Below, piece by piece: positions 1 to 13,164 of a stretch of DNA of 64,000 bases (its first letter is position 1; each line of letters opens with the position of its first letter). Under the pieces are notes generated by a model that saw only the letters and a program-made list of their open reading frames with translations, made no database searches and was not told where the DNA came from. This DNA is from Octopus vulgaris (lineage: Eukaryota): contig OX597830.1 of assembly GCA_951406725.2 (NCBI GenBank), positions 38,068,001-38,132,000 of the forward strand, given 5' to 3'. A program made the position numbers and the translations under genes.

Positions 1-119
1 TTAGAACGCAAACGTAGAACCACCACCTAAGACATTGTCAGACTTTGAATTATTATAAAGCTTTTCTCTACATTTCAGGCGCTAAGAGCAAGTATTCTAT
101 CTCGGTCTTTTATTGATTC

Positions 120-530
120 GGGACTGCAGCTCTGTTAATCAATCAAGCTGTATAAATAAGTGCCAGACAAACGGTGGTCACAACTATTCCATATTTAGGA
201 ATTGCTGGAGACCTCGTAGCCTCACTGCATTCTTGCGCATCATGTGTCACATGTCCAGTCCTGAACACAGCGAGTGTTGAGAACAAATCGGACGTTTGAG
301 CAGCCTACTTTTCACAAAAAGCGGGTGAGCAAACGTTCCAGTCTAGTAAGACCAGCACTAGGATAAAGCACGACGGTCAAACGGTAATAAATGTTTAAGT
401 GTTCATTACATCTGCTTCACCGTTGAGGAATAGCTTTTAATGTGCCGATCTGCCTTTTCTCTGTGTCATTGTTTGCTTTTTCGTTTATCCAGTGGACTAC
501 ATCACAATTTTGGTAACACCAGCAAATGAA
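120..530 (-). pseudogene. Possible highly decayed LTR-retrotransposon gag/protease remnant
   Basis: Manual minus-strand translation across frameshifts gives F-A-G...DVVHWI...KLFLNGEADV (gag-capsid-like), then a broken zinc knuckle (C..RTGHVTHDAQEC) and LID*QSCS (aspartic protease LIDTG-like), in gag-protease order. Very degenerate. Confidence 0.25.
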
Positions 531-1165
531 TGATTTTTAACTCTGCTTTCATTACTGCTGCTGTTATTCTTGTTTTCTTGCTGCTCTCATTTTTCCTTGT
601 TTGTTTGGGGATAGAATCTCGATGGCCACCACCACAGCCTAATATCAGAGAATTACTGCGGTTTCAACAAATTTTCCATCTCGTCAGCAATTCTGTGAGT
701 GAGGAAATGACCTACACTGACATAGTTTTTGTTGTTTTGCTGCTGCTTTTATTGTTCTTTTGTAGTTCTTGTTGCTCCTACTAAGGCTGCAGCAATTACT
801 GATGATTAATACTGCGGTTTTAGTGTTGTGTGGTCGGGTCTGATGACCGTGAACCGTCGTATCACTTTCAAAATTACCTTCCAAGTTCGTAACAATCTGG
901 CCGGCAAGAAGGAGTGTATGGAAGCCATCTTGAAAAATGTTGTTATCTATGTAAATAAATTTTCTGAATTTGGCGCATAGTTTCAGTAAGAAGATAGATG
1001 ACCAACTTTTAGAGTGCTAGATAAATATATTAACAAGAGAAAACAAAACAAATTCCACAAATGTAAACCTCTAACCTTACAAGAATCACACCCAAGAAGC
1101 TTCCAAAATAAATTCTAGTTTGGTGATAATCAATAACGACAACAGCAACAGAAACAACAACAACG

Positions 1166-1167
<2 letters not shown>

Positions 1168-1253
<86 letters not shown>

Positions 1254-1290
1254 TAATAATAATAATAATAATGATAATAATAATAATAAT
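1168..1290 (+). repeat. (AAT)n microsatellite
   Basis: Near-perfect AAT tract seen directly, immediately 5' of a Dong/R4 fragment. Confidence 0.98.
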
Positions 1291-1291
1291 A

Positions 1292-1757
1292 AAAATGCCT
1301 CCTCATTTATATGACTGTCCCAATCGATATAAACGTATCTGTCAAGACCTACCAAAAACTGAGCAAATATAAAGATCTTGAAATAGAAATCAGCAAAATG
1401 TGAAACCTGAAAACTAAAACAATACCTATTGTCATAGGTGCCCTGGGAATGATATCAAAAGGGGCTGATTGCTACCAAACTCAGATACCAGGAAACCCCA
1501 AAATGGCAGAAATTCAAAAGATAGTGCTCATGGGAACTGCTCATATCCTACGCAAATACTTTCTATGTAATCTCAAGTTTTAAAACAAACATACTTTTCT
1601 TATGGTTTCTTAAACATTTACTAGTACAACACTAAGTACAAAACCAAATATATTGTACCCCAGGCATAACACCAACACGAACTTCCAACTTGTCTCTTGA
1701 GGTCTCTGGGTGAGACATGCAGCCATCTTGTACAAATGTAAAGCAAAAGTCAAACAT

Positions 1758-1759
<2 letters not shown>
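1292..1759 (+). mobile_element. 5'-truncated R4/Dong non-LTR retrotransposon (RLE C-terminus + 3' UTR)
   Basis: Nearly identical to 4340-4825 (MTVPIDINVSVKTYQKLSKYKDLEIEISK...GTAHILR). Same 3' terminus AAAGCAAAAGTCAAACAT.G followed by (AAT)n. Has a TGG>TGA stop near 1400. Confidence 0.93.
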
Positions 1760-1821
<62 letters not shown>

Positions 1822-1829
1822 TGATAATG

Positions 1830-1860
<31 letters not shown>

Positions 1861-1868
1861 TGATAATG

Positions 1869-1932
<64 letters not shown>

Positions 1933-1961
1933 ATAATAATAATGATAATAATAATAACAAT
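1760..1961 (+). repeat. (AAT)n microsatellite between two Dong/R4 copies
   Basis: AAT tract with AAC/GAT interruptions, seen directly. Confidence 0.98.
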
Positions 1962-1962
1962 A

Positions 1963-4616
1963 AACCCCAAAACTAATGAAAAAATATAATATGAAAACTA
2001 TACTTGATATTGATGCCACCATAGAAACCATCAAGCAAAAGGTATCTTGCTAAAGCTGCCCGCATAGCGAAGTATGAAAAGCGTATTAGATTCTTCAGGG
2101 ACAACAACATGTTCAAAAATAACCCCAAAATTTTACAGGAAGATAGGAAAAACAACAGTTACTGTAAAGTCTGTACCATCAAAAGAAGAAGTGCAGGGAT
2201 TTTGGAATAAAATTTGGGCAGAAGAAAAAACACACAGCGAAAAGGCCCCCTGGATTGATAGAATATCTAAAGAACTGGACTCCTTAGAAGAGCAAAAGTG
2301 GGAGGGTGTCAAGGTAGAAGATATAAGATCTGCTCTCAGGAGGTCAAGCAAATGGAAGTCTCCAGGAAAGGATAAAATCCCTAACTTTTGGTTGAATGAC
2401 TTCCCAGAGAGCCATGAACTGATAACAGAACTTTACAATGATGTTTTGCAACACCCTAGTAGGATGCCTCCTTGGCTAGTTAATGGGTTAACATTCCTGC
2501 TTCCAAAAAGTGAAGAAACAAATGAACCCAAAAACTATGAATCCATAACCTGCTTAACAACTATGTATAAAACACTAACATCTGTCCTGACGGAATATAC
2601 CTATAGTTTCTTGACAGACAGCAGCATATTCCCTAATGAACAGAAAGGATGTAAACGTGGATCCTACGGTTGTAAAGATCAACTACTCATCAATAAGATG
2701 ATCTTAGAAGATTGTCACAAACGACACAAAAACGTTATCAATAGCCTGGATAGACTATAAAAAGGCTTTTGATAGCCTACCACATAGCTGGATTAGGAAA
2801 TGCCTAGAAATGTATAAGACAGCACCTGCTCTGCGAAACTTTTTGTCTGTAAGTATGAGATCATGGAGAACCACACTAACTTTGAACAGTGATAATGAAT
2901 CTCTAAATTCTGGTCATGTAAAAATTTCATGTGGCATTTTCCAGGGTGACTCACTATCACCGCTCCTCTTCTGTTTAGCCTTAATACCTCTCTCAAAACT
3001 GCTCAATGACGCGCAGTACGGATATAAAATGTTTGATAAAAATACAAATCATCTCATTTACATGGATGATTTAAATCTCTTTGCAAAAAATGACCAACAA
3101 CTCAAGGGCTTACTAGCGATTGTCAAACAATTCAGTGATGACATCAGAATGCAATTTGGCCTCGATAAGTGCGCAAAAGCTACCTTTATCAAAGGAAAAA
3201 TGACAGAAACAGCTAACGTTAACCTTGACCAGCAGAATGTCATAAAAGAATTAGACCCGGCAGAGAACTACAAGTATCTAGGGGTAATTGAAGGAGAAGG
3301 AATAAGGCATTCAGAGATGAAGGAAAGGATCAGGAGAGAATACTATCGCAGAGTAAGAGCAATACTCAAGACGGAGCTGAATGCGAGAAACAGGATCGAA
3401 GCGATCAATGCATTAGCCATACCAGTCGTGACTCACAGTTTCAAAATCGTTAACTGGTCAATTACTGAAATATGTAATCTTGACAGAAAAATACGAAAAC
3501 TGTTGACAATGCATAGAATGCACCACCCTAAGGTAGTTACAGAACGACTTCATCTGCCAAGAAAAGAAGGAGGCCGTGGACTTTTACAACTGTCAATAAC
3601 AATGAAGATTGCTACAATTGGCCTAGACACCTACCTGAAAAACTCTGAGGACTGGATGTTAAAACTTGTCTCAAAACATGAAAACAAGAAAGCATCATAC
3701 TCAGTAACAAAACAGGCAAAGGAATATCTAAGTGAATTCCGAATACAACAAATTTCGGAATTAGAGATAGACATACAAGAAACAGGCACAGAAAAAGCTA
3801 AGCGCATGAAAACCCGTGCTAAATCTGCGGCCTTAGATATTCTGAATGATAAATGGCAAGAAAAACCTCTCAATGGCAAATACCCAAAGAGAGCAAATAA
3901 TGCAGATGTTGACAACGCCCTGACCCATCAATGGCTAATGGCCTCTGGCTTAAAATCTGAAACAGGGGTTTATCATAGCAGCTCAAGATCAATGTCTACC
4001 AACAAGAAACTACCAGGCCAACATATTAAAGATCAGAAGCAGTCCAACGTGTCGTGTATGCAAGCAACAAAAGGAAATCATTGACCATGTGGTCTCCAAG
4101 TGCAGTCTTCTAGCGCCTACAGAGTATCTCAACAGGCACGATAGAGCTGCACGATATATTCACTGGGTAATCTGTAAAAACCTGGATTTGCCCCATGAAA
4201 AAAACTGGTGGGAACACAAACCACCCCCAGTGCTTGAAAATGACCACATCTCACTCCTCTGGAACTTCACCATTCAAACTGACAGAAAGATAGATGCAAA
4301 TAGGCCAGACATCATATTGAAAGACTTCAAACAAAGAACATGCCTCCTCATTGATATGACTGTCCCAATCGATATAAACGTATCTGTCAAAACCTACCAA
4401 AAACTGAGCAAATATAAAGATCTGGAAATAGAAATCAGCAAAATGTGGAACCTGAAGACTAAAACAATACCTGTTGTCATAGGTGCCCTGGGAATGATAG
4501 CAAAAGGGGCTGATAGCTACCTAACTCAGATACCAGGAAACCCAAAAATGGCAGAAATTCAAAAGATAGTGCTCATGGGAACTGCTCATATCCTACGCAA
4601 AATACTTTCTATGTAA
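1963..4616 (+). pseudogene. Frameshifted RT-CCHC-RLE polyprotein of the Dong/R4 copy
   Basis: Track ORFs 2074-2760, 2810-4084 and 4089-4616 join into one protein with frameshifts near 2041, 2130, 2734 and 3966. Stop codon at 4614-4616. Confidence 0.9.
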
Positions 4617-4824
4617 TCTCAATGTTTAAAACAAACATAATTTTCGGTTTAAAAAAAAACAAAAAAAAAACTTTTTTTAGACATTCATTAGTACAACACC
4701 CCCCCCCCAAATATATGGCACACTAGGCATAAAACAACATGAACTTCCAGCCCTGTTGTCTCTTGAGGTCTCTGGGTGAGACTTGGAGCCAACTTGTACA
4801 AATATAAAGCAAAAGTCAAACATA

Positions 4825-4825
<1 letters not shown>
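1963..4825 (+). mobile_element. R4/Dong-clade non-LTR retrotransposon, 5'-truncated, inserted in (TAA)n
   Basis: RT motifs KSPGKDKIPNFW, EQKGC, WIDYKKAFDS, GIFQGDSLSPLLF, YMDD, FGLDKC, YKYLG. CCHC knuckle CRVCKQQKEIIDHVVSKC. RLE motifs RHD, NRPDI..IDMTVP..KLSKY. About 210-nt 3' UTR ending in (AAT)n at 4826, with (AAT)n on both flanks. Confidence 0.95.
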
Positions 4826-4860
<35 letters not shown>

Positions 4861-4865
4861 TAATA
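4826..4865 (+). repeat. (AAT)n tail/target tract
   Basis: Directly follows the element 3' end. Confidence 0.95.
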
Positions 4866-5646
4866 TGAATATAAAGGCTGATATTTTTGAGATATCTTTG
4901 AACGAGAAACAGAATAAGTTCACTACTTACGTAGTCATAGAATATAGGTTTTGAGTGTTTTAACTCGGCATTTATCCGAGAATGTTCTTATTAAGTGTCG
5001 ACGAGTGAAGTATGTTCCGAATAGACATTAAATTGTTCATTTACAGGCATGACCTACAGGCACTAGAGGAAAACATTTCCTTACTTTTAGTAACCAACTG
5101 AAAGAACAAGACTAAGTATTTTATTTCTTTTTCAGTTTATTTTATATGATTTTGATTTGTTTGTTCAAATCTATTGATACGAATTGAGCCAATCGCATGG
5201 CAAGTCAAATCAACCATTTCTTATTAATGTGTTTCCACTGATTACAAGCCTACATGTTTACAAACCAAACAACACATACAAAAAAGTACAGAAAATATTT
5301 AAATAGAAGCAATGAAACACATTTACGAACAAAAACTAACATTTTTTTTTCTGATTAGATAACCAAAAAAAAAAAAAAATATGACATCAAATTGTCTGAT
5401 TTAATGTAATAAATATAATAACGATTATGGTGAAGAGTGATATAAAAAAAAAACACCACGTGATTAATGTTACAGCTGTTATTAGCAATCCTACCAACCT
5501 CAACGAAAATAACAAATGCAACGATGATAAGCTCATAAATCATTTTGGTGATATCAATAATACTACTTCATCATAATGGTAAGGAAACAATGGTAATGTA
5601 ACAATGAAGATTAAGAAGGTGAAAAATTGCTTCTCTCTGTTGTTGC

Positions 5647-5840
<194 letters not shown>

Positions 5841-5848
5841 TATGACAT

Positions 5849-6063
5849 CGAGCTGGCACAATCTTTAGCGCTGCGGACAAGATGCCGAGCAGAATTTCGT
5901 CTGTGTCTACGTTCTGACTTCTGAGTTTAAACTTCCCCGAAGTCGATTTGCTTTTCATTCTTTTCGGGGTCGATAAAAGTAGTTACTAGTTATGCACTGG
6001 GTTCGATGTAATCGATTAGTCCCCTACTCCTAAACTTACTGGCCTTGTACCAACATTTGAATC
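5849..6063 (+). mobile_element. tRNA-derived SINE family A (Nin/Deu-domain-like core), diverged
   Basis: GAGCTGGCA..head, degenerate B-box GAGTTTAAAC, core GTCGA.TTTGC.TTTCAT.CTTTCGGGGTCGATAAA shared with many other copies in the window. Confidence 0.8.
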
Positions 6064-6127
<64 letters not shown>

Positions 6128-6129
<2 letters not shown>

Positions 6130-6766
6130 CTTAAATTCTAATATATCAATGTCACGTCTCAGCTCCATTCCGAAGTTTACAGACTCAACACATGAGCTGT
6201 TCCAAATATTGTTGTCGACTAAATATTTCCTAAGAAGTTAGGTATGTCCTGCTTTTGATATCAGAATGTTGCTCTCTTTGGGATAGTCCCAAGTGCACCG
6301 ATCGGAATAAGTACCACATTACCTTGAGGCGCCATGGATTCTTTTCGTTCCCAACCATGAGTCTTTGTACTTCACGATTATCTCGCTCTCTGTCTTCGCA
6401 ATAGTCTGATCTGCTAATATAGCTATGTCAATGAAACCCCATACTTTGGATGTCTACAGTAGTAGAGTGATACCTGATCGGTTATGCTATAGCTTTTTCT
6501 CTGTGTATATTTGAATATCGCTTGTGAATCACCTGTTAATTCTCTGCAACTGTACGAGATTGAGGCTCATACTACTTGCTGGAAGATTCTAGCCAAAACA
6601 TCTTGCACAACTCCCTGTGTACCCGCACTGTTTTTATTTCTTTCATGGCATTTCTTGTGATCCTATTAGGTTAGTTTTAAGCATCCAATAGTTACATGAT
6701 TTGTACGTTGTCTTCACAAACGGGATACTATTGTCAATGCTACACGACTGAGCTAGTGCGTAAAGC
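6128..6766 (-). mobile_element. Old R4/Dong fragment (CCHC + RLE), different subfamily
   Basis: Minus-strand translation with stops: ALRT..., HVTIGC, ELCK, HNRSGI..FIDIA..KYKD, IGALGTIPK, FGTAHVL. The 3' end runs into (AAT)n (plus-strand ATT tract 6065-6127). Confidence 0.75.
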
Positions 6767-6817
6767 TTGTTCCTAATAATAACGATGATGATGATGATGA
6801 TGATGATGATGATAATC

Positions 6818-8339
6818 AATCACTTTTACATGGATAATTTAAAACTCTTTTTAAAATATGACCAACGACTACAGGATTTACTAGCAACTATTAAACAATT
6901 GAGTGATGACATCAGGATGCAATTTCGCTCCGATAAGTGTGCAAAAGTTACCTTTATCAAAGAAAAAATGATAGAAACCTCTAACGTTAATCTTGACTAA
7001 CAGAATGTCATAAAAGTGTTAGAACCAGTGGAGAGTTACAAATGCCTAGGGGTATTTGAAGGTGATGGAATCAAACATTCAATGATGAGGGAAAGGATCA
7101 GAAAAGAATGTTGTTGCAGGGTAACGGCAATGCTCAAGACAGAGCTGAATGCAAGAAACAGGATCGAAGCGATCCTGCCATACCGGTCGTGACTTATAGT
7201 TTCAACATCATTAACTGGTCAATTTCTAAAATGTATAATCTTGACAGAAAAATACGTAAATTGTTGACAATGCATAGAATACACTACCCTAAGGCAGCTA
7301 TAGAACTACTTTCCTTGCTAAGCAAAGAGGGTGGCCGTGGTCTTTTACACTGGAATTAACAACGAAGATTGCCATAATTGGCCTAGACACCTACCTGAAA
7401 AACTCTGGTGACCGGATGTTAAAACGTGTCTTAAAGCAGGAAACCAAGTAAACATCATAATCAGCAACAAAACAGGTAAATAAATGACTACGTGAATTCC
7501 AAATGCAACAAATCACAGTAAAAGCTAAGTCTATGAAAACCTGTGCTAAAACTGCTGCCTTAGATATTCTTACTGATAAATGTCAAGACGAACCTCCCAA
7601 TGGCAAATACCCAAAGAGAGCAAATAATGCCAGTATTGACAAAGCCCTTACCCTTCAATGGCTAGTGGCTTCTGGCGTAAAATCAGAAATAGAAGGGTTT
7701 ATCATAGCTGCCCAAAATCAATGCCTACCTACAAGGAACTACCAGGCCAACATATTAAAGACCGGCAGTAGCCCAACATATCGTGTGTGAAAACAACAAA
7801 ATGAAACCATTGATCATGTTGTTTCCATGTGCAGTCTTCTTGCGTCAACAGCGTATCTCAACAGGCATGATAGATCTGCACAATATATTCACTGGGTAAT
7901 TTGCAAAATCATGGCCCTGCTCCATGTAAAAAAATGTGAGGAACGCAAACCAAATCCAGTGCTTGAAAATGATCACATCTTATTCCTCTGGAACATCACC
8001 GTTCAAACTAACAGATATATAAATGCGAATAGGCCATTATATTGAAGGACTTCAGACAAAAATCAAGCCTCCCCATTCATATGACTGTCGCAATCGACAT
8101 AGACGTATCTGTCAAAACCTACCAAAATCTGAGCAAGTATAAAGATCATGAAATAAAAATTGGCATAATGTGGAACCTCAAAACTAAAATAATACGTGTT
8201 ATCACAGGTGCCCTAGGAATGATAGCAAATTCAGGTGCCGATTCATATCTAGCTCAGATACCAGGAAACCCCAGCAGAAATTCAAAAGGCCGTGCTCATA
8301 GGAACTGCACATATCGTACGTAAAATACTGTCTATTTAA
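6818..8339 (+). mobile_element. Degenerate 5'-truncated R4/Dong copy, close relative of 1963-4825
   Basis: Colinear with 3049-4616: YMDNLKL, SDKCAK, LDRKIRKLL, EGFIIAAQNQCL, RHDR, GALG. Many stops and frameshifts. Starts after (GAT)n at 6784-6813 and lacks the 3' UTR of the first copy. Confidence 0.9.
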
Positions 8340-8368
8340 TAGTACTACTATTAAATACCGTTTATTCA

Positions 8369-8550
8369 ATAGTAGTAGCAGCAGCAGCAGTATTATTATT
8401 ATTAGTAGTAGTAGTAGTAGTAGTATTAGCAGCAGCAGCTGCAGCAGCAGCAGCCGTAGCAGCAGTAGTAGTAGTAGTAGTAGTACTACTACTACTACTA
8501 CTGCTACTGCTACTACAAGCAGAAGAAGAAAGAGAAGAAGAAGAAAAAAA
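8369..8550 (+). repeat. Compound (AGT)/(AGC)/(ACT)/(AGA) trinucleotide repeat
   Basis: Seen directly. Confidence 0.9.
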
Positions 8551-9624
8551 TTCTGATCGAGCCAGAACATCACCAACGTCCATGGTTTGTTTATAATATC
8601 CACAGTACTACTTTGCTGGAATTTTACCAACATCTCAGCAAGATTTGAAATCAGGATGACCAGAGCTGGAGCACATAGCGCAAGACAGTCTTTCTGGCGC
8701 TCTCAAGATTTTACTAACTCACTGCCTTATAATGGCAGCTTCTATTTTAGCTCAGCAATTTGAAGAAGAGATTTCTTCATTTCTTTCGTCTCACTATTTG
8801 ACTAGTACGTAATTTAATCACTGCGAAAGAATGAGAGGCAAGATTTGTATATAGAACAGAAACAGCAGGAATAAATATCACAAGAAATTTTTCCGAGGGT
8901 TCAATGATTTTTGTCAATTCTGATGTTTGGTGAGAGAGCAGCACCCACTCAAACCAACTTATATAGTATTTCATTTTAATGACACTGGAAGTCATTACGA
9001 ACAAGCTCAACTGCGGCAGGATTTGATTTAAGAACGCAAAAAGCCGAACACGCGATGCAAGTCATTTTGACAGCGGTCGATAAACAGCAAAATAACTGCA
9101 TAGATAGGGTCATGGCCAGAAATATACGAGAAGAGAAACAGCTCAGTATCGTTCTAATTGCTTGGCAGGGTCTTTATTTTACCGACAGCCCAAGGACAAA
9201 AATCAAAAATTGAAACTGGCGAAATTTCAACTGAGAACGTATAAACCAGGTACAAATCTGGCGATTATTCTATGGAATACATTTTGCCAATCCATTACTA
9301 TTTTCATTACAAAATAGAACCGCAACATAATATTCCTGTGTATATGATACGGACATAGCGAATATTAATACTCTATAAATGTACGATGTCTGATTAAACA
9401 GTATGGAGGCTGTTGCTATGCTAACGGAACTAAGGTAAGCAGGGTGAAGTCGCGAGACACACATTTACGTTGATCCATGTTGCGCATGGAGCCGGCGCTG
9501 GATACAGTTCGTAGCTTCAGACGGGGACTAATTCAAAGAGGAGTAAATGTCGAATTCTGTGTGCTGTAGTTATCTTTTTATAGCATCAGTCTCGATACAC
9601 TTTTGATTCCACTTAGTATGTTAG

Positions 9625-9801
9625 TGTGTGTGTGTTTGTATGCATGTGCTTATGTGTGTATGCGTGTGGGCACTTATTTGTGTTTGTGTACACTTATTTG
9701 TGTTTGTGTACACTTATTTGTGTTTGTGTGTGAGTTTGTATGTATGTGTGTGTTTGCTGGTGTTCGAGTAGGCTTGTTTGTGTCTTTGCAGGTGAGTATG
9801 T

Positions 9802-9866
<65 letters not shown>

Positions 9867-9890
9867 CGGGTGTTCGTGTCTGTGTATGTG
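9625..9890 (+). repeat. (TG)n-rich tract with a 20-bp unit x3 (CACTTATTTGTGTTTGTGTA)
   Basis: Seen directly. Confidence 0.9.
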
Positions 9891-10479
9891 TTACAGATAT
9901 GTGGATTTACAAATAAATTCCAAAAGGTTTTACTTTTCAGATAAATGCTTTCTGTTACGAGAACCCAGAATATTGGTATTTTTCATCTGTACCTCCTTCA
10001 CCTACAATACCTACACACGTGCTCTGCTGCTGCGAAGCATACTTCGTGTTTAGAATGTTTTTTGCTTCAATCCTGACTTTAAAATATGCATTTGATCGTT
10101 GGAGCAAAATATCAGTTTTCCGGTATTCCGGCCGCATCCATTTTAGTAACTCAGCCGGAATAGCCACCAGGAAATTGCATTTTAATTGTGGACGGTTAAA
10201 GCAGTGAATACGGTTCACAGTTGTCTTGGTGAAGAGTCCAAATCGGTTCACAGTTGTCTTTGTTTTCCAAAACTACCTGACAACGTTACAGGTAGAAATT
10301 CTTTCAGATCGGAAGCAATGCTGGCTACAACGTTTGACGTGAGAATATTTGAAAACTGCTTATAATTCTCCCACCATAAAATAAAAAGAAGTAACACCTT
10401 GAATGCGGTTGGTCAAAACATCACAAACGACGATTAGTACAATGGAGCGTGTACTGTTCCGTAAAATTATAAGTTATAA

Positions 10480-10510
<31 letters not shown>

Positions 10511-10520
10511 CATACATGTA

Positions 10521-10552
<32 letters not shown>

Positions 10553-12779
10553 AACGTATGTAGTATGAATGCCATCATTCTGGAAAAAACATTTCATAAC
10601 TGTAACATGTTCTGAAATACCCGAGCAGATTTAGGGCAAGTTCACCTTTCCATTATAATTTAAATCCCACACAAATACAAGAGCCGTCGAAAGTGCACTT
10701 TTACTCATCTTGTTACAATCACGAATGCTAAGTTTCTATAAATTAAAACTTTAGGTTGTCATAAACATTTACAAGTCTTAGAGCACTACACTGAATCATA
10801 AAAAATTATTTGTTTATCTTTTCAGCAGTTTACCTTTTATTGCAACGGTTTCCTCGTTTGTAGCACGGCTATTTACAGTGTAATTTCATTTGTAGTCCTT
10901 TTATACAGGACAAGCCTTATTTCAACGCCTGTAAGAATATCGTTTCTATTATAGCTGCCAAGTGTTTTAATTGGGATCAGTTGTATATGAGCCATTATTA
11001 ATTACCGATGCTTTTCGGCGTTTGTTTTGCACACTTTGTTTTGTGAGTGCTATGTGGTAGTTATAACAGGTTGAAAGTATATGCTCCCTTGTTGCGTCGT
11101 CGCTGTAGTTGCAGATATCATCCGAGTTGTGGACATGCCTTTTATTGATTTTTGCTCTTAGTGCTGTAATTTGTGTTTATGTTAGCCGCGTATTCGGTCT
11201 TGTTAAATTTGTAAATATTGCTCCTATTTAAGGAACATTTTCCCAATGCACGAAATTATTTCTAATTGCCGTCCTTTAGCTCAGGAAGTTGGCTAGAATT
11301 GAAGAAAACATAACACCTTTCATTGTGTTTGAGTAAACAGTAAATTACAAACTTAAAGTTAACTAAAAATAGGAAAAGCTTTGTCTAAAGTAAAAAGAAA
11401 TGAAATGTAAAAATAAATACAAATCAAACCAGACTTCCGAATCTTACCGATTCAATGAGCAATAGATTACACAACCTAACGATGAGGAAAAGTACTAGTG
11501 TTTAAACCATTATTGGCCAGAGAATTATAGACAAGACTCCAAAAGGTTAGGTCACTTTTGACAAATACGTGATCATTGTATAGCCACAATCAGCTATAAA
11601 ATAAGAGACAATCATCGTTCTACCATGATAAATTGAGCAAAGTAAATAAACGACCACTTCGCTTGAAGCTATTCAGAACTTGAAAAGTAAGAATATCTAC
11701 ACATACACATTCAATTTGATATTTAAATTTTAAAACTAAGAGGTATACGTATCGAAAAAGATTTATAGCAACGATGCGGCTATATTAAATTTGGAAATGT
11801 CTGTCACATTTCAGGTGAGCCATCCCGACATGACGATTATCAAACAAACAATGGTTTTTGTACTGCCCTAAAAGATAAATCGGAAAGAGTTCAAGATACA
11901 AAGCAGATGTTTTTTTTTTTTAAATGGAAATAAGTCAGAACCGCGATATAACAGTAGGCACAGGGCAAATAATAAATTGCTTACAATGTTTGATGAAAAC
12001 AAACACGGAAACGAAATGAAAAGCTTATCATGTCTTAAAACTGTACACATCGTTCCCAAAAGAACATGCTAAATTGAATACATGATATTACGATACACAT
12101 TCAAACCATTAGTATAAATCTAAAGTTACAGATTCTGGATAATTCATGCTGGACTTATTCTAAACCATTGTCACTCAATAAAATATCACATACGATCAGC
12201 GCTTCATGCAATTTATAGGCTTCACAATTAATGTTCAATAATTTAATGGCGTACAAAAGTTATATACTCTAAATAATTGTTCTCCGGTACGTTAAAGGGA
12301 AAACAGGATTTCCACGTAGATAGAATACGTGCATCTAAACCATAATATACACAATACACAACTTGGATCTCACCTATTTCAAACAAAAAAAATGGACGAA
12401 AAAGTGACGAAACACTCGGGGGGGCAAAACGACAAATACGCATACGAAATGCACATCAAACCAGAGCTGATACATATAAACGATTCTATACTCCTAAAAG
12501 GACTATACAACGGAAGCATTTTAGATACTCATTATTATAACAATTAACGTTCAACAGTTTCTGCGATTCTATTGTAAAGCTGAAGACAACTGCTGCTACG
12601 CGGTCCTGATTTTTGTGTTCCATTGCCATTGAGAATGTACAAATGCATTTGCATACCACAATAATTTTTTGCATTACATCGCATTTGTTTTGGTGCGTCT
12701 GGTATTGATTCAGTAATTTAGCCCCTTGTGGGTAGTAAAGAAATAGGTATTGTTTCAGTATTTTGTCTTTTAGATATAT

Positions 12780-13010
12780 TATATGTTCTGTTGCCTTTTT
12801 TCATGGTGCTTCCTTATTATATGTAAGGTGTAAGGCATGTTATTATATAAGGTTTTTATTGTATAAGATATATTTTTATATATAGAATGGATTCTTTGAG
12901 TTGAATTATTGATTCCAGTATCTGAAGTAAGTGGTGCGCCGTTCCTAGCAGTCATATAGTTTGGATTATATATAAAATGGTGCATTTCCCTGCGTTTTAT
13001 CTGATTTACT
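12780..13010 (-). pseudogene. Penelope-like element ORF remnant (RT-GIY-YIG linker region)
   Basis: Track ORF 12779-12985 contains RIHSIYKNISYTIKTLYNNMPYTLHIIRKHHEK, resembling the PLE linker pattern LHKIFN.NTIK.SYSCMPN...II..HN.K. Confidence 0.45.
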
Positions 13011-13164
13011 TTTTATATTGTTAATCATACTTCGTCACTCTTAATTACATGGCCCAGATTCTGCTTTATTTCGTTTCCTGATCTATGTATTTAGAGAATT
13101 TCACCTGCGCTTTTCAAGAATGTTTCGGTTAGAAGACATGGAAATATATATATATTTTTTTAAT

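Noticed and set aside
10950-11260. IGKMFLK..NIYKFNK on the minus strand, faintly Penelope-like
   Set aside because: Too short and degenerate to support without a search.
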